In this document: positions 9,365 through 16,228 of the stretch, piece by piece
How the letters are laid out: every line of letters starts with the position of its first letter
Position numbering within the stretch: the first letter of the stretch is position 1
Assembly: GCA_039177895.1 (NCBI GenBank)
Contig: JBCDFO010000001.1
Span: forward strand, 1-55,019
Length of the DNA stretch: 55,019 nucleotides
Origin: Bacteroidota bacterium
GTDB lineage: Bacteria; Bacteroidota; Rhodothermia; Rhodothermales; Rubricoccaceae
Direction: 5' to 3'
Translations under genes and position numbers: made by a program
The notes under the pieces: generated by a model
What the model saw: only the letters and a program-made list of their open reading frames with translations
What the model was told of the DNA's origin: nothing
The model's database searches: none

Positions 9365-9565
9365 CTATACCTCGCGCAGCGTCAATTCGAGATAGGCCTC
9401 GGCCTGTGCGCGCGTCACCGTAGGGAAGCCATCCAGAAAGCGATCTAGCGTCTCGCCCGACTTCAGGTAGTCGACGAGCGTCTGGACCGACACGCGCGTC
9501 CCTTTGAAGACGAACGCGCCGCTGACAACGTCAGGGTCACGAGAGACGATCTGGTCGAGACGCAT
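9365..9565 (-). CDS. DUF433-like small protein (antitoxin-type HTH)
   Basis: ATG at 9565 within ORF 9365..9640. DPDVVSGAFVFKGTRVSVQTLVDYLKSGETLDRFLDGFP matches the DUF433 signature. Confidence 0.65.
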   Translation of the reverse strand: MRLDQIVSRDPDVVSGAFVFKGTRVSVQTLVDYLKSGETLDRFLDGFPTVTRAQAEAYLELTLREV

Positions 9566-9626
9566 TGTGCTACACTGGCTGGTTGAGGCTGAAACACGGC
9601 CCCATCCCATTCGATCCGCCATGTGC

Positions 9627-9665
9627 ACCGTCAACGGCATCGTCGATCTGGCGCTGGTGTGGTAG
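9627..9665 (+). repeat. third, short copy of the barrel-gene 3-prime end
   Basis: accgtcaacggcatcgtcgatctggcgctggtgtggtag compared with atcgtcaatggcatcgtcggcctggcactggtgtggtga at 8561..8599. Confidence 0.8.
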
Positions 9666-9681
9666 GCCAGCCCTGCATCCT

Positions 9682-9816
9682 CTCGCTGTCATCCTGAGCA
9701 AAATCCGCGCAGCGGATGATGTCGAAGGATCTCGTTAGTATTGTCCTGTCAAGAACAGGCTTCGATGGCAAAACGGAGATACTTCGACTCGCTGCGCTCG
9801 CTCAGCATGACACTGG
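9682..9816. repeat. MITE-like imperfect palindromic element
   Basis: Left arm ctcgctgtcatcctgagc...gtcgaaggatctcg. Right arm cggagatacttcgac...gctcagcatgacactgg. The arms are inverted around a central cctgtcaagaacagg hairpin. Confidence 0.55.
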
Positions 9817-10045
9817 CTTTTGAGGCTGCTCCCTGGCAGCTCTGCAGGACGACAAATTCAGATAAGTAATGCGTGGCTTCGAGATATGCTCGTCTTACGC
9901 GCGCATCCCGAAAGGAAAGCCACCTAGTTCTTCGCTTAGACTATATTTGTCACTATACGCTAGCCCTAGTAAACTTAGTCTCCAGAAGACTGATGCAACG
10001 ACTGTATTGCCATGTTTACTTAACATTTTATATTCGGTCAAAATC

Positions 10046-10732
10046 CTAAGACTTGTAAAAATCAAATGTAGAGTACTGGTCTGTACTAAATGAATATTCC
10101 CCCTCCTTCTTTAATGCGTCTCGTAGTGCATCCTTAATGTCTCTAGTACTCATCGTGCTATCTGAACTCATAATTCCGATTATAATAACTCGCCTCTGAA
10201 ATGCAGTATCCGTGGAATTGTGAACAAAATCATGCTGACCCAAGATCAGCTTAAATAGCTCCTGATTGCTTCCTAACATTCTTCTAACGATTTCCCCGAG
10301 CGTATCGGCTCGTCTTCTTGCTCTATTGACCTCATCATCACGTTCGCCCTCTTGGGATGCTGCACCGACTACAATAACACCCTTCGCGTTCTCAAATAAG
10401 CTCAAGCCATCGAGATACATTGGAATAGAATCTCTAGCCAATCCAATCTCTAGGTACTCCCAGCTACTATATTTCCAACGCCTTTCCTCAAGAAGAACAC
10501 TGATTTCAAAATCTACGCGCCTTCCATAGCTATCAAGCCCGAATCTATCTTCTCGACCCCAGAACACATCAATATATACATCTATTTTACTTTCGTTATT
10601 CCCAATGTCACTGCAGGTACTTATGGACACGAATATCGTGAGCCCTCCAAGGAGTAGACTGACAAACCACTTGAAAAATCCAGGCACCTCGCGTAGGGAT
10701 GCACGTAGCCACTCGACAAGGCTTTTAAACAT
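10046..10732 (-). CDS. low-GC orphan membrane-anchored protein (possibly a divergent OmpA/MotB-like C-domain)
   Basis: 228 aa with one N-terminal TM helix (FKWFVSLLLGGLTIFVSIS). VVGAASQEGERDDEVNRARRRADTLGEIV and FQRRVIIIGI loosely resemble the OmpA_C GxxDxxG...N..LS..RA and NRRVEI motifs. Sits in a ~1 kb AT-rich patch. Confidence 0.55.
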   Translation of the reverse strand: MFKSLVEWLRASLREVPGFFKWFVSLLLGGLTIFVSISTCSDIGNNESKIDVYIDVFWGREDRFGLDSYGRRVDFEISVLLEERRWKYSSWEYLEIGLARDSIPMYLDGLSLFENAKGVIVVGAASQEGERDDEVNRARRRADTLGEIVRRMLGSNQELFKLILGQHDFVHNSTDTAFQRRVIIIGIMSSDSTMSTRDIKDALRDALKKEGEYSFSTDQYSTFDFYKS

Positions 10733-10905
10733 TTGAACAGCTTCTAGGGAGCAGGGCTTCTTAGTCTGAAATGGGCGGGGCTGTCAGAAATTACTTTCCA
10801 CCGTCTCTTCGAACACGAATTTATGTTTGCCTGAACCGCCCGCCCCCTGTGCGCCTCCGCACACTTGAGCGCGACTCAGCAGGCGAATCGAGGCATGGAG
10901 GCGGC

Positions 10906-10920
10906 TGGAGCGCCGGTTGC
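10906..10920 (+). promoter_or_regulatory. candidate sigma54-type -24/-12 element upstream of permease 1
   Basis: TGGAGCgccggTTGC with GG-N10-GC spacing, 33 bp upstream of the ATG at 10953. Confidence 0.3.
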
Positions 10921-10952
10921 GAGCAGGGTGCGCTCACAAGCCCCGGCCTGAT

Positions 10953-13316
10953 ATGCTCAAGAACTACGTCCTCATCGCGCTGCGCAACCTGGCGCGGCAG
11001 CGCGGCTACGCGTTCATCAACATCCTCGGGCTGGCGCTCGGGCTGGCGTGCTGCCTGCTGCTGCTGCTCTACGTCCGCCACGAGCTGTCCTACGACCGCT
11101 ACCACGAGGACGCTGACGCCATCTATCGCGCTGCGCTCATGGCGCCGGACGATGGGCCGGACATCGCCGTGACGCCGAGCATCATCGCGCCGCTGCTGAC
11201 GCGTGAGATGCCGGAGGTCGTCGCCGCAACGCGCGTCGCGGCGTGGGGCGGCGTGGTCCGCGTCGGCGAGACGGTGGCCGACGAGCGCGGCTTCTTCTCC
11301 GTGGACTCGACCTTCTTCGACGTGTTCACGCACCCGCTGCTCGTGGGCGACCCCGCGACGGCGCTCAACCGCGCCGGGACGGTCGTGCTCACCGAGTCGA
11401 TGCGGGCAAAGTACTTCGGCGACGCCGACCCGATGGGGCAGACGATCCTGCTCGACAACAGTCAGGAGTTCGAGGTGACGGGCATCGTGGCCGACGTGCC
11501 CGAGGCGTCGCACTACGACTTCAACTTCCTCGCGTCGTTCGCCACGCGGACCTACTTCGCCGAGAACGAGGTCTGGGACTCGGCCAACTTCTACACCTAC
11601 GTCCGCTTCACGGACGCCGCCGCTGCCGAGGCGGTCTCGGCTAAGATTCCGGCCCTCCTCGCCCGCCGCACGGCGATAGGCGACGACCCGCGCCCGTTCC
11701 GCCTCCAGCCGATCCTCGACATCCACCTGCACTCGAACCTGCGCTACGAGTTGAGCACGACCGGCAGCATCACCTACGTGATCGGCTTCGGGATCGTAGC
11801 GGCGCTGATCCTGCTCATCGCCTGCATCAACTACATGAACCTGGCCACGGCGCGCTCGGCGCGGCGCGCGAAGGAGGTCGGGCTGCGGAAGTCGCTCGGC
11901 GCGCAGCGGGGGCAGCTCTTGGGGCAGTTCTACGGTGAGTCGGCAATCCTCGCGGCGGCAGGCCTGGCGGGGGCCGTGGTGCTCGTTGGCCTTGCGCTCC
12001 CGGCGTTCAACACGCTCGCCGAGAAGAGCTTCACGCTTGCCGACCTCGGTGCGCCGCCGGTCCTGGCGCTCATCGCGGGCGTCTTCGCCGTGGTGACGCT
12101 CGTCGCGGGGAGCTATCCGGCGCTCTACCTCTCGCGGCCCGAGCCGGTGGCCGTCCTGCGAGGTCAGGCCACGAAGCGCGGGGGGGCGACGCGGCTGCGG
12201 CAGGGCCTCGTGGTGTTCCAGTTCGCGGCGTCGGCGCTGCTCATCGTAGGGACGCTCGTGGTGCTGGCCCAACTGCACTACATGGGCGACCAGGAACTCG
12301 GCTTCGAGAAGGAGCGCCTCGTGACGGTGCCCATCAACGACCGCGCGCTGCGCGAGCAGCAGGCGGCGCTCCAGGAGCAGCTCCTCCAGCACCCCGGCAT
12401 CGAGGCCGCGGCAGCGATCAACCAGGTGCCGGGCCAACTCGGCTGGACCTCCGGCGTCTGGGGCCCTGGTACGCCCGAGGACGACCCGATGCTCGCCAAG
12501 GGGATGCCCGCCGAGCAGGACGCGCTCGAGACGCTCGGCGTGACGATGCTCGCGGGCCGGACGCTCGCCGACGCGCCGACGCCCGACTCGACCAACTTCC
12601 AGTTTGCCGTCAACGAGGAGTTCCTGAAGGCCTTCGCATGGACGCCCGAGGAGGCCCTCGGACAGCAGCTAAACGTGGACTGGCGGCGCGGCGAGATCGT
12701 GGGTGTGTTCGCCAACTTCCACTACGCGTCGCTGCACGACGCCGTCGAGCCGATGGTGGCGTGGCACGAGCCGGGCAACCTCTTTCACCTCGTCGTGCGC
12801 CTCGCCCCCGGCGACCCCAGCCCCGCCCTCGACCATTTCAGCGCGGCCTACGCTGCCGTCGCCCCGCACCGCCCGATGAGCCTCCGCTTCGTCGACGACA
12901 TCTACGACCGCCAGTACCGCAACGAGGAGCGCCTCGGCCACATCGCCGCCGTGTTCGCGGGCCTCGCCATCTTCGTAGCGTGCCTGGGGCTCTTCGGGCT
13001 GGCGAGCTTCACCGCCGAGCAGCGCCGCCGCGAGGTCGGCATCCGCAAGGTGCTCGGCGCGAGCGTGGGCGGCCTCATCGGCCTGCTCACCCGCGACTTC
13101 GTGGTGCTCGTCGCTGCCGCGTTCGCGCTCGCGGTGCCGCTGGCGTGGTGGCTGCTCTCCGGCTGGCTCGACGGCTTCGCCTACCAGGTCGGCCTCGGCC
13201 CCGTCCCGTTCTTCATCGCGGGCGGCCTCCTGCTCGCCATTGCCCTGATGACCGTCGGCACCCAGGCCCTCCGCGCCGCTGTGGCCGACCCGATCCAGGC
13301 GCTCCGGCACGAGTAG
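10953..13316 (+). CDS. FtsX/MacB-type ABC transporter permease, paralog 1 (no ATPase domain)
   Basis: ATG at 10953. N-terminal MLKNYVLIALRNLARQRGYAFINILGLALG. Two FtsX 4-TM modules separated by large periplasmic domains. C-terminal ADPIQALRHE. Confidence 0.85.
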   Translation: MLKNYVLIALRNLARQRGYAFINILGLALGLACCLLLLLYVRHELSYDRYHEDADAIYRAALMAPDDGPDIAVTPSIIAPLLTREMPEVVAATRVAAWGGVVRVGETVADERGFFSVDSTFFDVFTHPLLVGDPATALNRAGTVVLTESMRAKYFGDADPMGQTILLDNSQEFEVTGIVADVPEASHYDFNFLASFATRTYFAENEVWDSANFYTYVRFTDAAAAEAVSAKIPALLARRTAIGDDPRPFRLQPILDIHLHSNLRYELSTTGSITYVIGFGIVAALILLIACINYMNLATARSARRAKEVGLRKSLGAQRGQLLGQFYGESAILAAAGLAGAVVLVGLALPAFNTLAEKSFTLADLGAPPVLALIAGVFAVVTLVAGSYPALYLSRPEPVAVLRGQATKRGGATRLRQGLVVFQFAASALLIVGTLVVLAQLHYMGDQELGFEKERLVTVPINDRALREQQAALQEQLLQHPGIEAAAAINQVPGQLGWTSGVWGPGTPEDDPMLAKGMPAEQDALETLGVTMLAGRTLADAPTPDSTNFQFAVNEEFLKAFAWTPEEALGQQLNVDWRRGEIVGVFANFHYASLHDAVEPMVAWHEPGNLFHLVVRLAPGDPSPALDHFSAAYAAVAPHRPMSLRFVDDIYDRQYRNEERLGHIAAVFAGLAIFVACLGLFGLASFTAEQRRREVGIRKVLGASVGGLIGLLTRDFVVLVAAAFALAVPLAWWLLSGWLDGFAYQVGLGPVPFFIAGGLLLAIALMTVGTQALRAAVADPIQALRHE

Positions 13317-13321
13317 CGGTC

Positions 13322-13336
13322 TGGGTCACAAATAGC
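13322..13336 (+). promoter_or_regulatory. weak sigma54-type element upstream of permease 2
   Basis: TGGGTCacaaaTAGC with correct GG-N10-GC spacing but a TAGC -12 box. 116 bp upstream of the ATG at 13452. Confidence 0.2.
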
Positions 13337-13432
13337 AGTTTTTGCGGGGTGCTCGGTGCCTCGTCCTTGGTCCTTTGTCTCTGATCTCGACGGGAGGCGC
13401 AGCGCTAGACATCGCGCCCGCCTCCAACAAAT

Positions 13433-13451
13433 GACCTAGGACGAAGGACCC
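13433..13451 (+). repeat. heptamer leader GACCTAG GACGAAG GACCC abutting the start codon of permease 2
   Basis: Read directly. The array ends at the base before the ATG at 13452. An imperfect complement, tcgtccttggtcctttg, lies at 13361..13377. Confidence 0.75.
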
Positions 13452-15860
13452 ATGACCAAACACTACCTCCTCGTTGCTCTTCGGACGCTGCGCAAGGAGC
13501 GCGGGTATGCGGCGCTCAACGTCGTCGGGCTCGCCATCGGGCTGGCGTGCTGCGTGCTGATCGGCCTCTACATCGAGGACGAGCGGAGCTACGACCGCCA
13601 CCACGAGCGCGCCGACCGCATCGCGCGCGTCACGCTCCAGATGACGGACACGGGGCGGCACTGGGCGCCCATCGGTCCCCCCGTCGGGGCCGCGCTGGCG
13701 GAGGCCATCCCCGAGGTCGAGGCCGTGACGCGGTTCTATCCGGTGAACGCGTCGCAGACCCTCATCGTGGACGGCGACCGCTTCGAGGCGAGCGGCGGCG
13801 TGTATGCCGACTCGACGCTGTTCCGGGTCTTCACGCACTCGCTCCTCCAGGGCGATCCGGCGCAGGCGCTCGCGCAGCCGCAGACGGTGGTGCTCACCGC
13901 GTCGTTTGCCCGGACGCTATTCGGCGACGCTGATCCGATGGGCCAGACCCTCGGCTGGCCGGGCGGGGACGACCTCACCGTGACCGGCGTCATCGCCGAC
14001 CTTCCCGCGACCACACATCTCGCCTTCGACTATGTCGTCTCGATGGCAACGTTCTACCGCAGCAGTGGATTCGACCCCGACCAGGCCATCGGGTGGTCGG
14101 GGTTCTACACCTACCTCCTCCTTCGTCCGGGCGCAGAGACCGAGGCCGTCGCGGCCAAGCTGCCCGGCTTCGTCGACGCCTTCTACGGAGCGCTATCGGA
14201 CGAACCTGCGAGCGCCCTCATCACCTTGCCGCTCCAGCTGCTCGCCGATATCCACCTGCACTCGGCGTTGGAGAAGGAGTACGCCCCCAACGGCGACGCG
14301 CTCTACGTGACCGTCTTCCTGCTCGTGGCGCTGTTCGTGCTGGTGTTGGCCATCGTCAACTTCGTGAACCTGACGACGGCGCGGAGCGCGTCGCGGATGC
14401 GCGAGGTCGGCGTCCGCAAGGCGCTCGGCTCGACACGTGCCCAGCTCGCTCGGCAGTTCCTCGGCGAGGCGGTGCTCATCAGCCTCGCGGCGCTCGTGCT
14501 GGCGTTCGGACTCATCGCCCTCGCGCTGCCCGTGCTCAACGGGCTGACCGGCAAGACGTTCACGCTGGCGGTCGTGGTCACGCCCGCAGTGATCGGGGGG
14601 CTGACCGGATTAGGACTCGTGACGGGGCTGCTCGCGGGATGGTATCCGGCGTGGCACCTCTCCGGCTTCCGTCCGACGAAGGCGCTCTGGGGCAAGGCGT
14701 CCGGCCGCGAGGCCAACCGGCTGCGCCGCAGCCTCGTGGTGGTGCAGTTCGCCCTGTCGATCTTCATGCTCGTCGGCACCGCGACGGTCTTCCAGCAGCT
14801 CCAGCACGTCCGCACGAAGGCGCTCGGCTTCGACAAGGAGCGCGTCGCCGAGGTCACCCTCAGCGGGGCCGCTGCCACCGTCGCCCGGCGCGACCTCGAC
14901 GGCTTCATGCAGCGCATCGAGCAGCACGCCAGCATCGAGCACGCCTCGATGGCGGTGGTCGCCCCCGGCTCGCGCTACCCGATGGACAACATCCGCCGCG
15001 ACGCCGACGCGCCCGACGCAGCCACGGGCGTCCGCCTCGCCTGGGGCGTGGACGCAGGTTACGCCGAGACGCTCGGCCTCACGCTCGTGGCAGGCCGCGA
15101 TTTCTCCAGCGGGAGCATCGACGGCACCGCACCCGCTGACACCACCGCGTGGCTTCTCAACGAAACCGCTGTGCGCGAACTCGGGCTCGACGATCCCCTC
15201 GGCGCGGTGCTGGTGTGGGACAGCCACCAGTACAGCGCGCCCATCGTGGGCGTCGTGCGGGACTTCCACTTCGCCTCGCTGCACGGCGAGATCGAGCCGC
15301 TGCTGATCCCGCTGCGGCCGGGTGTCGGCAGCGCGCTCCTCGTGCGCGTCCGCGACGACATCCCCGCTGCGCTCGGCCACGTCCGCACCCAACTCGACGC
15401 CCTCGTCGCCGGGGCACCGTTCACCTACCGCTTCCTCGACGACGCGTTCGACGAGCTCTATCGCCAGGAAGAGCGGCTCAGCCGCGTCTTCGCGCTGTTC
15501 GCGGGCCTCGCCATCGCGATTGCCTGCCTGGGGCTGTTCGGGCTCGCCGCGTACACCGCCGAGCGCCGCCGCAAAGAGATCGGCGTGCGCAAGGTGCTCG
15601 GGGCGTCGGTGACGAGCGTCGTCGCGCTGCTCTCGGGCGAGTTCACGCGCCTGGTTGCCGTCTCGTTCGTGACCGCCACGCCGCTCGCCTGGTGGGCGAT
15701 GCAGCGCTGGCTCGATCACTTCGCCTACCGCATCGACCTCGGCCCAGGGCCGTTCCTCGTGGCTGGCGGGCTCGCCGCGACGGTCGCGCTACTCACGGTG
15801 AGCGTTCACGCCGTCCGCGCGGCAACGGCGGATCCGGTGGCGTCGCTGCGGCACGAGTAG
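13452..15860 (+). CDS. FtsX/MacB-type ABC transporter permease, paralog 2
   Basis: 802 aa with the same architecture as paralog 1. C-terminal ADPVASLRHE. Confidence 0.87.
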   Translation: MTKHYLLVALRTLRKERGYAALNVVGLAIGLACCVLIGLYIEDERSYDRHHERADRIARVTLQMTDTGRHWAPIGPPVGAALAEAIPEVEAVTRFYPVNASQTLIVDGDRFEASGGVYADSTLFRVFTHSLLQGDPAQALAQPQTVVLTASFARTLFGDADPMGQTLGWPGGDDLTVTGVIADLPATTHLAFDYVVSMATFYRSSGFDPDQAIGWSGFYTYLLLRPGAETEAVAAKLPGFVDAFYGALSDEPASALITLPLQLLADIHLHSALEKEYAPNGDALYVTVFLLVALFVLVLAIVNFVNLTTARSASRMREVGVRKALGSTRAQLARQFLGEAVLISLAALVLAFGLIALALPVLNGLTGKTFTLAVVVTPAVIGGLTGLGLVTGLLAGWYPAWHLSGFRPTKALWGKASGREANRLRRSLVVVQFALSIFMLVGTATVFQQLQHVRTKALGFDKERVAEVTLSGAAATVARRDLDGFMQRIEQHASIEHASMAVVAPGSRYPMDNIRRDADAPDAATGVRLAWGVDAGYAETLGLTLVAGRDFSSGSIDGTAPADTTAWLLNETAVRELGLDDPLGAVLVWDSHQYSAPIVGVVRDFHFASLHGEIEPLLIPLRPGVGSALLVRVRDDIPAALGHVRTQLDALVAGAPFTYRFLDDAFDELYRQEERLSRVFALFAGLAIAIACLGLFGLAAYTAERRRKEIGVRKVLGASVTSVVALLSGEFTRLVAVSFVTATPLAWWAMQRWLDHFAYRIDLGPGPFLVAGGLAATVALLTVSVHAVRAATADPVASLRHE

Positions 15861-15869
15861 GCCGCTTTG

Positions 15870-15904
15870 CGGCGTCGCGGGTCTAAGGTCGAGGGTCGCA
15901 GGTC
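15870..15904 (+). repeat. heptamer array (NNRGGTC)x5 just after the stop of permease 2
   Basis: cggcgtc gcgggtc taaggtc gagggtc gcaggtc, preceded by a ccgctttgcgg mini-hairpin. Confidence 0.75.
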
Positions 15905-15971
15905 GCAATCGGATCAGCGCTGAGGTGGTGCCGCACCCCCCGTTTTCCTCCCCGTGAAGGGTCGGAAAACT

Positions 15972-15995
15972 GTCCCCCTCACGCGTGAGGGGGAC
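15972..15995. other. perfect 24-bp palindrome
   Basis: gtccccctcacgcgtgagggggac (10-bp arms around cgcg) inside the 368-bp spacer between permeases 2 and 3. Confidence 0.9.
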
Positions 15996-16139
15996 AATTC
16001 GAGCGGAGCGAGAATAGGGGGAGCCGAGTCAGGCATCGTGTCTAGTCACCAGGCGACAGCCACCTCGAAGGGCGCACCCGGTGTGCGAATTCGCACAGTC
16101 ACCTCGCCTGATTTTGGCCTAGGGCGATCCTTTAGGGCT

Positions 16140-16155
16140 TGGTTCGGGGCTTGCT
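16140..16155 (+). promoter_or_regulatory. candidate sigma54-type -24/-12 element upstream of permease 3
   Basis: TGGTTCggggcTTGCt with GG-N10-GC spacing, 74 bp upstream of the ATG at 16229. Confidence 0.35.
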
Positions 16156-16188
16156 GAACGCCGCGTGACGCAGGGCCGCTGTTTGGCC

Positions 16189-16228
16189 GACCTGCGACGT
16201 ACGACCCCCGACCTGCGACCCCACCCCC
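16189..16228 (+). repeat. heptamer leader (GACCNNN)x5 abutting the start codon of permease 3
   Basis: gacctgc gacgtac gaccccc gacctgc gacccca ccccc, then ATG at 16229. Complementary to the array at 15870..15904. Confidence 0.8.

Noticed and set aside
9869-10093. 74-aa plus-strand ORF in the low-GC patch
   Set aside because: Low-complexity sequence in the AT-rich 3-prime flank of the 228-aa gene, overlapping its end. No start context or motif.
10821-12437. 538-aa ORF on the minus strand
   Set aside because: It is antisense to permease paralog 1. It is Arg/Glu-rich with no motifs. Equivalent antisense ORFs over paralogs 2-4 (for example 14610..15719 and 17540..18154) were rejected for the same reason.
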